Assembly (NCBI GenBank): GCA_963773905.1
Contig: CAVZDB010000005.1
Span: 326,257-390,256 of the forward strand
Direction: 5' to 3'
Origin: an uncultured Acidobacteriota bacterium
GTDB taxonomy: Bacteria; Acidobacteriota; Thermoanaerobaculia; UBA5066; Gp7-AA6
DNA length: 64,000 nucleotides
The notes beneath the pieces are model-generated. The model searched no databases. It was not told the DNA's origin and was given only the letters and a program-made list of their open reading frames with translations. The position numbers and the translations under genes are program-made. Every line of letters begins with the position of its first letter. The first letter of the stretch is position 1. Below are positions 27,131 to 34,095 of this stretch, one piece after another.

Positions 27131-27172
27131 AAAAACAAGGGCCCCCGGCGGGACGAGAACGTCCCGCCGGGG
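27131..27172 (-). terminator. Rho-independent terminator after the hydrophilin gene
   Basis: Minus strand CCCCGGCGGGACG-TTCT-CGTCCCGCCGGGG followed by GCCCTTGTTTTT. Confidence 0.7.
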
Positions 27173-27185
27173 CACCCGAACGAAA

Positions 27186-27410
27186 CTAAGCAGACTCCTC
27201 GTCGTTCTCGGACTTGGGCTTGCTGCCGCTCGGCGACGTGCTCCCGGGCCGCTGCGAGCCGGAGCCCTGACCCTCGCGCGGCTCGTTCGACTCACGGCCC
27301 GGCTCGTTCTTCGAACCCGGCGTGTTGCCCTGCTGACCCTGCTGACCCTGCTGGCCACTCATCGGCTTGTTGCTCTTGTTGTCGCGATCCTTGTCTTCAA
27401 AATTGCCCAT
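27186..27410 (-). CDS. 74-aa hydrophilin-like disordered protein (Gly/Ser/Gln/Asn/Glu-rich)
   Basis: This is the last 74 codons of ORF 27186..28496(-), starting at ATG 27410 (AAGGAG RBS). Sequence: MGNFEDKDRDNKSNKPMSGQQGQQGQQGNTPGSKNEPGRESNEPREGQGSGSQRPGS... The upstream part of that ORF is antisense to ku. Confidence 0.7.
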   Translation of the reverse strand: MGNFEDKDRDNKSNKPMSGQQGQQGQQGNTPGSKNEPGRESNEPREGQGSGSQRPGSTSPSGSKPKSENDEESA

Positions 27411-27461
27411 GACAGACTCCTTGTACCTGGGACGGGCTGAATTGCCCGGCACGACTCGCAA

Positions 27462-27477
27462 TGCAGAAAGCGTGCCG
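27462..27477 (-). promoter_or_regulatory. Putative sigma-54 promoter for the hydrophilin gene
   Basis: Minus strand CGGCACGCTTTCTGCA with correct spacing, 52 nt before ATG 27410. Confidence 0.6.
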
Positions 27478-27498
27478 CCGAGAGAGACCCGCGGGCGC

Positions 27499-27514
27499 TG
27501 GCAGGCCGATTGCT
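27499..27514 (+). promoter_or_regulatory. Putative sigma-54 promoter for the metallothionein-ku operon
   Basis: TGGCAGGCCGATTGCT with correct spacing, 26 nt before ATG 27539. Confidence 0.6.
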
Positions 27515-27538
27515 TCGTTCTCTCTTGGGAGGTGCGAA

Positions 27539-27697
27539 ATGCACTGCGAACACACGGGATGTCACTGCTCCGAGGCGACCGTCGAGCTCGAGGGCAAGAA
27601 GTATTGCAGCGAAAAGTGCGCCGAGTCGCGGAACGAGAGCGCGAGCGCATCGTCTGCCCGGTGCGGCTGCGGCCACCCGGACTGCGCGGCGCTCTAG
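27539..27697 (+). CDS. Bacterial metallothionein-like Cys/His-rich protein (SmtA/BmtA type)
   Basis: 52 aa within ORF 27461..27697, starting at ATG 27539 (GGGAGG RBS). Sequence: MHCEHTGCHCSEATVELEGKKYCSEKCAESRNES...ARCGCGHPDCAAL, with 8 Cys and 4 His. GKKYCSEKCA resembles GLYYCSEACA of SmtA. Confidence 0.65.
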   Translation: MHCEHTGCHCSEATVELEGKKYCSEKCAESRNESASASSARCGCGHPDCAAL

Positions 27698-27719
27698 GGC
27701 GCAGATCGGACGAATCCTC

Positions 27720-28553
27720 ATGCGCCCCATCTGGAGCGGACACATCACGTTTGGTCTGATCTCGATCCCCGTCTCGATCTACTCCGCCGTCGAGGCGTCC
27801 GAGCACGTCGCGTTCCGGCTGCTGCACCGCAAGGACCACGCGCCGATCCAGTACAAGAAGTTCTGCAGCAAGGAGAACAAGGAGGTCCCGAACGACGAGA
27901 TCGTGCGTGGCTTCGAGGTGTCCAAGGGCGAGTTCTCCCTGGTCGAGAAGGAGGAGCTCAAGAAAGTCGAGGAGGAGGCCGCGGGCACCGACGGGGACAT
28001 CGAGGTCCTGCAGTTCGTCGAGTTCGGCGCGCTGAACCCGCTTTCGTTCGACACGCCGTACTACGCGGCGCCCCGCAAGGGCGGCGAGAAGGCCTACGGC
28101 GTCCTGCGCGACGCGCTCCTGGACGCCGAACGGGTCGGGATCATCCGCTTCGCGCTCCGGACCAAGCCGACGCTCGGCGCCCTCATCCCCGGCCCGCAGG
28201 CGATCTCGCTCGAGACGCTGCGGCCCTTCGAGGAGATCCGGAGCCCGAAGGACCTGCCGATCCCGGCATCCATGAAGAAGTCGGCCGAGGTCAAGATGGC
28301 GAAGCTGCTGATCGACCAGATGTCCTCGGAGGCCTGGGATCCGACCGCGCATCCGAACGTCTACAAGAAGGCTCTCGAGAAGCTGCTCGCCTCGAAGCGG
28401 CGGTTTGCCGTCGGCGCGCCGCCATCGGGGAAAACCGGCAAGGCCGCGGGCAACGTCGTCGACCTCATGGATGCGCTCAAGAAGAGCCTCGGGCAATCGA
28501 AGGCCCGCTCGGGCGCCCGCCGATCTCCCGCGCGCAAGGCCGGCGCCGCGTAG
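27720..28553 (+). CDS. ku: Ku protein (NHEJ DNA-end binding)
   Basis: In the frame of ORF 27510..28553, starting at ATG 27720. Sequence: MRPIWSGHITFGLISIPVSIYSAVE...VAFRLLHRKDHAPIQYKKFC...VPNDEIVRGFEV...FDTPYYAAP, with a basic C-terminal tail. Confidence 0.9.
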   Translation: MRPIWSGHITFGLISIPVSIYSAVEASEHVAFRLLHRKDHAPIQYKKFCSKENKEVPNDEIVRGFEVSKGEFSLVEKEELKKVEEEAAGTDGDIEVLQFVEFGALNPLSFDTPYYAAPRKGGEKAYGVLRDALLDAERVGIIRFALRTKPTLGALIPGPQAISLETLRPFEEIRSPKDLPIPASMKKSAEVKMAKLLIDQMSSEAWDPTAHPNVYKKALEKLLASKRRFAVGAPPSGKTGKAAGNVVDLMDALKKSLGQSKARSGARRSPARKAGAA

Positions 28554-28559
28554 CGGACC

Positions 28560-28722
28560 GGCGCCTCTCCGTCGGGTCGTCGCCGGTCGCGAAGAGCGTC
28601 ACGGCGTGTCCGCCGCGCGTGAGCTCCTCCGTGAGGTACGACACGACGCGCTCGGTTCCCCCGTAGAGCTTCGGGTAGAGCGGCGCGACCTGGGCGATCC
28701 GAAGCCGGGGCTCAGTCGTCAC
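28560..28722 (-). pseudogene. N-terminal stub (about 50 codons) of a GT4-family glycosyltransferase
   Basis: ORF 28477..28722(-). (GTG)TTEPRLRIAQVAPLYPKLYGGTERVVSYLTEELTRGGHAVTLFATGDDPTE is a typical GT4 N-terminus. After that the frame runs antisense into the ku 3' end and loses all similarity. Confidence 0.6.
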
Positions 28723-28795
28723 CGCCTAACCCGACGGATGGCGGCGGACCGGGACGCAACTCGACTCAATCCCTTCGAAAAAGCAGGATCCATGC

Positions 28796-28811
28796 CGGCA
28801 CTCTCTTTGCA
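28796..28811 (+). promoter_or_regulatory. Putative sigma-54 promoter for the LPKTAS-tailed surface protein gene
   Basis: CGGCACTCTCTTTGCA with correct spacing, 53 nt before ATG 28863. Confidence 0.65.
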
Positions 28812-28862
28812 CCCGAAGAAGAGCGGTCCGGCAAGGGGTCGGCCGAAACTGGAGGAGTGTCT

Positions 28863-29732
28863 ATGTCCAAGAAGGTGTCCCAAATCGCACTGGCGGCTCT
28901 CGCGCTGGCCGCCGCCGCCGTCCTGGCCTACGGCCAGACCACGGCCAACAGCGCGACCACTACGACAACGGGGAAATACAAGATCGCGCTCGTCGCGCCC
29001 GTGGAGGGATCGTCGATCGCCGCCGATCAGGTTCGAGTCATTCTGACTCCGAACACGAACGCCATGGGCAACGAGAACACCCAGGTGGACGTGTTCCTGG
29101 ACGATCAGCAGAAAGGCACGCTCAAGACGAGCGAGACCGAGTTTCGCGTCGACGGGGTGGGGCCCGGTCCGCACAAGCTCGTCCTGATCGCACGCAATCC
29201 GGTCACGGATCAGCAGTTCGACCGGCGCGAGATCAACTTCGTCGCGACGGGCACCGGATCGACGACGAGCGGTGTCTCGTCGGTTTCCGAGAATGCGCTC
29301 GGGGCGCACGTGCCGCCGGCCGTGAGCTCGGCCGAGAGGAAGCACACCTACACGGCGAAGGACGGCACGACCTCGACGCAGCCTCAGGTCGCCGAGAACG
29401 AAATGCCGGCGGCCTCCAGCTCCAGTAGCTCCAACAGCTCGAGCGGGTACGCGAACAATCCGCCGGCCTCGAGCAGCTCGAGCACGTACTCCGCCGAGAC
29501 GGCGCCCGCGCCGGCGCCGGCGCCCAACAGCGCGAGCGCCTACTCCAACCGGACTTACAGCAGCCCGAGCGCTCCGAGCGGTGCGATGAGCTCCTCCTCG
29601 TCGAACACGACGGGCTCCGCGGGCGGAACCGACAACGAGCAACTTCCGAAGACGGCGAGCTCGGAAGGCCTGCTCATTCTGGCCGGAGCGGCACTTCTCG
29701 TGACGGGAGCGGTCCTGCGCCGCAACGCCTGA
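28863..29732 (+). CDS. Secreted Ser/Thr-rich protein with a C-terminal LPKTAS-hydrophobic-basic sorting-signal-like tail
   Basis: ORF 28857..29732, with ATG 28863 preferred (GGAGGA RBS). Signal peptide KKVSQIALAALALAAAAVLAYGQ, a structured ~110-aa domain, a long S/T/A/P-rich region, and the ending LPKTASSEGLLILAGAALLVTGAVLRRNA. Confidence 0.75.
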   Translation: MSKKVSQIALAALALAAAAVLAYGQTTANSATTTTTGKYKIALVAPVEGSSIAADQVRVILTPNTNAMGNENTQVDVFLDDQQKGTLKTSETEFRVDGVGPGPHKLVLIARNPVTDQQFDRREINFVATGTGSTTSGVSSVSENALGAHVPPAVSSAERKHTYTAKDGTTSTQPQVAENEMPAASSSSSSNSSSGYANNPPASSSSSTYSAETAPAPAPAPNSASAYSNRTYSSPSAPSGAMSSSSSNTTGSAGGTDNEQLPKTASSEGLLILAGAALLVTGAVLRRNA

Positions 29733-29756
29733 CGCCGCGCTCTCATGACGATCTTC

Positions 29757-29784
29757 GCGCGCCGCGCAAGCGGCGCGCTTTTCG
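29757..29784 (+). terminator. Rho-independent terminator
   Basis: GCGCGCCGC-GCAA-GCGGCGCGC followed by TTTTCG, 25 nt after the stop at 29732. Confidence 0.6.
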
Positions 29785-29945
29785 TCTCAGCGGCGCGCGA
29801 AGAGACGACGGACCCTCGTGTCCCCCCTGTCCTGCCCCCTAGATCCCTTCGGGCAGCTGAGCCAGCGCCAGGTCGCATCGCCTCGAAGGAAGAGCCGACC
29901 GAGAGATTTTCGGCACGCCGGTCCGGCCGCTCGGACACGACATAG

Positions 29946-29977
29946 AAAACGGGCCCCGGCAAGCCGGGGCCCGTTTT
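29946..29977 (-). terminator. Rho-independent terminator (usable on both strands)
   Basis: AAAACGGGCCCCGG-CAAG-CCGGGGCCCGTTTT, 18 nt downstream of the lmo0937-like stop. Confidence 0.7.
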
Positions 29978-29994
29978 CGCCGAGATTTACCGTG

Positions 29995-30144
29995 TCAAAC
30001 GGCGCGTCGGCCTGAGACCAGATTGATGATCAGAACGACGACCGCGATGACGAGAAGGATGTGAATGAACCCGCCGATGGTGTAACCCGAGACCAGCCCG
30101 AGCACCCAGAGGATGAGCAGTATGACGAAGATGGTCCAAAGCAT
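29995..30144 (-). CDS. lmo0937-family small membrane protein
   Basis: This is the last 49 codons of ORF 29995..30198(-), starting at ATG 30144. Sequence: MLWTIFVILLILWVLGLVSGYTIGGFIHILLVIAVVVLIINLVSGRR. Confidence 0.8.
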   Translation of the reverse strand: MLWTIFVILLILWVLGLVSGYTIGGFIHILLVIAVVVLIINLVSGRRAV

Positions 30145-30199
30145 CGTTTTGCCCTGTGTCCTTTCCGGGGTGCCCTCAGCGGCCCCCAGGGGATGCATG

Positions 30200-30215
30200 A
30201 GCGAAACTTGTGCCA
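30200..30215 (-). promoter_or_regulatory. Putative sigma-54 promoter for the lmo0937-like gene
   Basis: Minus strand TGGCACAAGTTTCGCT with correct spacing, 57 nt before ATG 30144. Confidence 0.6.
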
Positions 30216-30246
30216 GACCGGCAGGGTCGGCGGGATTCCCCTGGAC

Positions 30247-31578
30247 TCAGCGCTTGCGCGCCGCGGGAGACTTCTTGTCGCCCTTCGAGGCGGAGGCCTT
30301 TGCGCTCCCGCGCGCGGGCCTCTCGCGGCGCTGGGGCAGGAGGCTCTCGAGCACCTCGGGCTGGATGGTCTCGCCCTCCGTCATCACGTAGGCGCGATGC
30401 ACCACGTTGCGGAGCTCGCGGACATTCCCGGGCCAGTCGTAGGAATCGAGCATCTGGAGCGCGTCGGGCGACCAGGCCCCGACGCCGGCCTTCTCCTGGT
30501 CCTCGATCTGGCGGCGGAAATGCTCCGCGAGGAGCGGGATGTCCTCGCGCCGCTCGGCCAGCGTCGGCAGGACGATCGGGAAGACGTTCAGCCGGTAGTA
30601 GAGGTCCTCGCGGAGCTTTCCCTCCTTGATGGCCTCCCGCGGATCCCGATTGGTCGCCGAGACGAGCCGGACGTCCACGCGCAGGTCCTGCGTCCCGCCG
30701 ACGCGACGCAGCGTCCTCGCCTCGAGCACACGAAGCAGCTTGACCTGGAGCTCGGGACCCATCTCGGTGATCTCGTCGAGAAACATCGTCCCGCCGTTGG
30801 CCTCCTCGAAGTAGCCCACGCGCCGCTTCTCCGCGCCCGTGAAGGACCCGCGCTCGTGACCGAAGAGCTCGCTCTCGATCAGCGTGGGCGAGATCGCGCC
30901 GCAGTTGAACGCGACGAACGGGGCGCCGGAGCGCCGCGAGAGGCGGTGCAGGGTGCGCGCGACGACCTCCTTGCCGGTGCCGCTCGCGCCGGTGATCAGG
31001 ATGGGAGCGTTCGAGCGCGCGACCCGGCGGATCACGTCGAAGATCTTCATCATGGGCTCGGAGCGGCCGATGAGCTCTCCGAGCTTTCCGGTCTCCTGCA
31101 GCTCCGCCCGGAGGGTCTGCACCTCCGACTCCAGCCGCCGCTTCGCGTTCAGCCGCTGGAAGACCACCTCGAGCTGCGCCGGGCGCAGCGGCTTCAGAAG
31201 GTAGTCCGAGATCCCGGCGCGCAGCGCCTCGACGGCGGAGTCGAGGGAGGCCTGGCCGGTGATGACGATGCCGTCGCGGTCGGGGTTCGACTCGCTCGCC
31301 GCGCGGAAGACCTCGATGCCGTCGCCGTCGGGCAGGTGGACGTCAACCACCAGCACCTCCGGCTGAAACTCCTCGATCGCCCGCATGGCCTCTCCCGCGG
31401 TCCCGACGCACTTGGTCTGGCCGCCGAACTCGCGGATCGCGATGTCGAGCCCCTTGCGGACAGCGACGTCGTCCTCGACGATGAGCACCTTCACGCCGGG
31501 CGCCGGCAGCGCGCCGGAGGGCTCGGACGGCTCCTTCCGCGTGCGGGTCTCCCCGTTCTTCGCGGGGGCCGCCGTCAT
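30247..31578 (-). CDS. Sigma-54-dependent activator: REC + AAA+ domains with no C-terminal HTH DNA-binding domain
   Basis: ORF of 443 aa. REC: VLIVEDDVAVRKGL...VLVVDVHLPDGDG...LLKP. AAA+: ITGASGTGKEV (Walker A), ELFGHERGSFTGA (GAFTGA-type loop), GGTMFLDEI (Walker B), VRLVSATN, REDLYYRLNV, WPGNVRELRNVV. After the AAA+ module only about 40 basic low-complexity residues remain. Confidence 0.9.
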   Translation of the reverse strand: MTAAPAKNGETRTRKEPSEPSGALPAPGVKVLIVEDDVAVRKGLDIAIREFGGQTKCVGTAGEAMRAIEEFQPEVLVVDVHLPDGDGIEVFRAASESNPDRDGIVITGQASLDSAVEALRAGISDYLLKPLRPAQLEVVFQRLNAKRRLESEVQTLRAELQETGKLGELIGRSEPMMKIFDVIRRVARSNAPILITGASGTGKEVVARTLHRLSRRSGAPFVAFNCGAISPTLIESELFGHERGSFTGAEKRRVGYFEEANGGTMFLDEITEMGPELQVKLLRVLEARTLRRVGGTQDLRVDVRLVSATNRDPREAIKEGKLREDLYYRLNVFPIVLPTLAERREDIPLLAEHFRRQIEDQEKAGVGAWSPDALQMLDSYDWPGNVRELRNVVHRAYVMTEGETIQPEVLESLLPQRRERPARGSAKASASKGDKKSPAARKR

Positions 31579-31820
31579 CGGGACTCCTCCGAGGTGGACA
31601 GCAGCGCGTCCCGGCCCCGCTCGAAGAGCTCGAAGGCGCGCTCGAGCTCCCGGCGCGCCGTGGCGAGGGCCTCGGTCGGGTCGCCGCCGCGGGCGCTCAG
31701 GCGGGCGGCCCGCTCCATGTGAAGCGAAACCGCCGACAGGGGCGTCGCGACGTCGTGGAAGAACTTACGCAGGGCGACCTGGTTTTGTCGCTCGGCGCCC
31801 GGGAGAATCTTCTCGGTCAC
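31575..31820 (-). CDS. 81-aa stand-alone DHp (HisKA-like) helical-hairpin protein without an ATPase domain
   Basis: ORF of 81 aa with a GTG start (GGGAG RBS). LRKFFHDVATPLSAVSLHMERA resembles a histidine-kinase H-box (F-x-H-D/E-x-x-T-P-L). Its stop overlaps the activator start (ATGA). Confidence 0.6.
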   Translation of the reverse strand: MTEKILPGAERQNQVALRKFFHDVATPLSAVSLHMERAARLSARGGDPTEALATARRELERAFELFERGRDALLSTSEESR

Positions 31821-32039
31821 CTAGGCTCCCATCCTGTTCAGATCCATGAATTAGTTCGACACGTCCCGTCGATCCTATGACAGATCCCGACGGGTCTCTA
31901 CCCGCTCGAGAGTCTCGGGCGGGGACCCCGCGCGCCGCGCGCCGCGAGACGGCCGCGCGAGGCTTCCGGGTTGTATTCGGAGAGTCCCGGAGCGAGCAGC
32001 CAGTCCCACGCGGCGCACGCTCCGAAGAGGCGCTCGCGA

Positions 32040-32201
32040 TCAGGTCGCGAGGTTGTCCACGGTGGCCAGGCCCAGCAGAAGGAACACCACGAAGAGAAAC
32101 GCGAAGACGAAACCGACGATCTTGGCCGCGGCGACCGGGACGAGCAGGAGCGCGATTGCCGAGAGCACCAGGAACGTGACGGCCATCTTGAGCAGGGTCA
32201 T
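32040..32201 (-). CDS. DUF1328-like small membrane protein (53 aa; below the ORF-track size cutoff)
   Basis: My own translation from ATG 32201 (GAGGAGGG RBS): MTLLKMAVTFLVLSAIALLLVPVAAAKIVGFVFAFLFVVFLLLGLATVDNLAT, with stop TGA at 32040-32042. Confidence 0.65.
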   Translation of the reverse strand: MTLLKMAVTFLVLSAIALLLVPVAAAKIVGFVFAFLFVVFLLLGLATVDNLAT

Positions 32202-32219
32202 GGTTCCCTCCTCATCTGT

Positions 32220-32248
32220 AAAAAGGGTGGGGGCCTTGAGCCCCCACC
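32220..32248 (-). terminator. Rho-independent terminator after the repeat-protein gene
   Basis: Minus strand GGTGGGGGC-TCAAG-GCCCCCACC followed by CTTTTT. It ends 18 nt before ATG 32201. Confidence 0.65.
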
Positions 32249-32292
32249 AGGTACGAAATCAAAAGCGTTCGACTCCTCGTCGAAGGATGAGG

Positions 32293-32961
32293 CTACGCGC
32301 CGCCCTTGCTGTAAGGCATCACGGACGTGATCTTGTCTCCCCCGTCCGTCTTGGTGTACGTCACCTTGACCCGCTGGCCGACGGCGACGTCGCCCTTGAA
32401 GGCCACGTTCTCGTCGAGGTCGAAGCTGTAGTCCTTGTCCTTGGGTCCCGTCACGGTGATCTTCTTGCCCGCCTCGTACTTCTTGACGGTCCCGATCACG
32501 GTCTCGGTCTTCACCTTCGTGTCGGGGCCGGGGCCGGTGTGCTTGGTGGTCGACTCGGAGTGGATCCGGGGAGCCGCCGCCGATGCGGCGGCCTTCGTGC
32601 CGGCCGGCGCCTCGGAGATCACGTTCACGATCTCGGAGCCGTCGTCGGCCTTGTGGTACTCGACCTTGGCCATCTGACCGACCGCGATCGAACCATCGAC
32701 GCGAGCCGCCTGGTCCTTCTTGTCGAGGTCGAACGAGTAGGTCTTGTCGCCCGGGCCGGAGATCTTGATCTTCTTGCCCGCGTCGTACTCCTTGACCGTT
32801 CCGACGACCGTCTCGGTCTTCATCTTGGTGTCGGGGCCGGGGCCGGTATGCTTGGTGACCGATTCGGTGTGCTGCTTCTCCTGGGGCTGGGTGCTCTGGG
32901 CTCCCGCGGTGCCTCCGATCAGGAAGCCGATCGCGATCGCCGCGCCTGCGATGCGTTTCAT
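32293..32961 (-). CDS. Secreted protein made of two ~85-aa tandem repeats
   Basis: This is the last 222 codons of ORF 32293..33102(-), starting at ATG 32961 (GGGAGG RBS), with a signal peptide. The two repeats are TKHTGPGPDTKMKTETVVGTVKEYDAGKKIKISGPGDKTYSFDLDKK... and TKHTGPGPDTKVKTETVIGTVKKYEAGKKITVTGPKDKDYSFDLDEN... Confidence 0.75.
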   Translation of the reverse strand: MKRIAGAAIAIGFLIGGTAGAQSTQPQEKQHTESVTKHTGPGPDTKMKTETVVGTVKEYDAGKKIKISGPGDKTYSFDLDKKDQAARVDGSIAVGQMAKVEYHKADDGSEIVNVISEAPAGTKAAASAAAPRIHSESTTKHTGPGPDTKVKTETVIGTVKKYEAGKKITVTGPKDKDYSFDLDENVAFKGDVAVGQRVKVTYTKTDGGDKITSVMPYSKGGA

Positions 32962-33006
32962 GGTTAGTCCTCCCACTCTGGCCCAGAATCGGGCCGCCCT
33001 TGGTAT

Positions 33007-33022
33007 TTCAAGAAGCGTGCCG
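33007..33022 (-). promoter_or_regulatory. Weak sigma-54-like promoter candidate for the repeat-protein gene
   Basis: Minus strand CGGCACGCTTCTTGAA. The -24 element and spacing are good, but the -12 element reads GA instead of GC. It resembles the hydrophilin promoter. Confidence 0.35.
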
Positions 33023-33898
33023 TCGAATCGCGAGAATCGGGGTCTGCGCCGGGTCTCCTGCCAACCGGCCCGGATTCCGCGAGCTCTCGGAAGTCCCGGC
33101 AAACCGGAACAAATAGCGAACCGCGCGCCGGATGACTTCGGGGCTCCTCAGGATGCGGTGATGGCCGAGACCGCTCGTGACGAGGAGCCGCGCCTTCGGC
33201 CAGCTTCTGCAGATCGCGATGCCGTCGCGCAGAGGAACCCTCTTGTCGCGGCGGTCGTGAACGACGAGCGCGGGCACGCCCGGCGGTCCCGCCGGAAGCC
33301 GCAGCGACGGAAACGTGACCCCGTAGCGCCGCTCGAGGCGTTCTTTCATCGAGTCGCTGGCGCAGGTCGAGAGCCGGAGGTAACGCGTGAAACGCGACGT
33401 GTAGGCCTCCGGATCCGCGGGTGGCGCGATCAGCACGACCGCGCGGACCGAGACGCCCGCGCGCACGGCCAGCGCGCACGCGGCCGCGCCCATCGAATGC
33501 CCGACGAGAGCGACGGGCGCCACGATCCCCGCCACGAGCTCCACGCTGCGGGTGAAGTCGGGAAGGGTCGCGAATCGTCCCTCCGAGACCCCGTGCGCCG
33601 GCGCGTCGAAGGCGACGACCCCGAACCCCGCTTCCAGGAGCGCCGGCACGAACGCGCTCAGGCGGCCCGCGTGGCCGCCCCACCCATGGACGAGGAGGAC
33701 CCGGGGGCCCGAGCCCCAGGACCAGACCGCGAGATCGCCGTCCGGTCCGCGCAGCCACGAGAGCCGGCCGCCCTTCAGGATCCGCTGCTCGGCGCGAGAG
33801 GGACGGGAGCGCGTGGGGCGCCGGAACGCGAGCTCCGCGCAGGAGGCGCTCGCGCCGTTCGAGACCAGGCTCAGACCGGCCAGGAGCGCGCGGAGCAT
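33008..33898 (-). CDS. Alpha/beta hydrolase
   Basis: ORF 33008..34051(-), starting at ATG 33898. Motifs: VLLVHGWGGHAGR, nucleophile elbow GHSMGA, ...VHDRRD..., GLGHHRIL. Confidence 0.8.
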   Translation of the reverse strand: MLRALLAGLSLVSNGASASCAELAFRRPTRSRPSRAEQRILKGGRLSWLRGPDGDLAVWSWGSGPRVLLVHGWGGHAGRLSAFVPALLEAGFGVVAFDAPAHGVSEGRFATLPDFTRSVELVAGIVAPVALVGHSMGAAACALAVRAGVSVRAVVLIAPPADPEAYTSRFTRYLRLSTCASDSMKERLERRYGVTFPSLRLPAGPPGVPALVVHDRRDKRVPLRDGIAICRSWPKARLLVTSGLGHHRILRSPEVIRRAVRYLFRFAGTSESSRNPGRLAGDPAQTPILAIRRHAS

Positions 33899-34034
33899 CG
33901 GCAGGGGGCGAAGCGAGCGGCCGACGCGGCTCCGAAGGCTCGTCGCGGGCAGTGTCGCGGGTCGCGGTCGCGGGACGCCGACATCTCGACGCACGACTCT
34001 CCCATCTGCGATTTTCACGCCAACCGCTGCCGCC

Positions 34035-34050
34035 TGGAACGCGCATTGCA
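34035..34050 (+). promoter_or_regulatory. Putative sigma-54-like promoter (GGAAC variant) for the oxidoreductase gene
   Basis: TGGAACGCGCATTGCA with correct spacing, 47 nt before ATG 34096. Confidence 0.5.
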
Positions 34051-34095
34051 AGGGGCTCCGGCGGGGCGTAGCCCCACTTTTCTGCGGAGGTGGTC

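Noticed and set aside
27136-27138. TTG 27138 (the ORF-track start) as the start of the otsB paralog.
   Set aside because: It lies inside the T-tract of the upstream terminator. ATG 27096 gives the usual short N-terminus before the DFDGT motif.
29785-29945. A 160-bp orphan segment between two terminators as a small RNA gene.
   Set aside because: I found no promoter-like element and no convincing conserved structure. I cannot support it from sequence alone.
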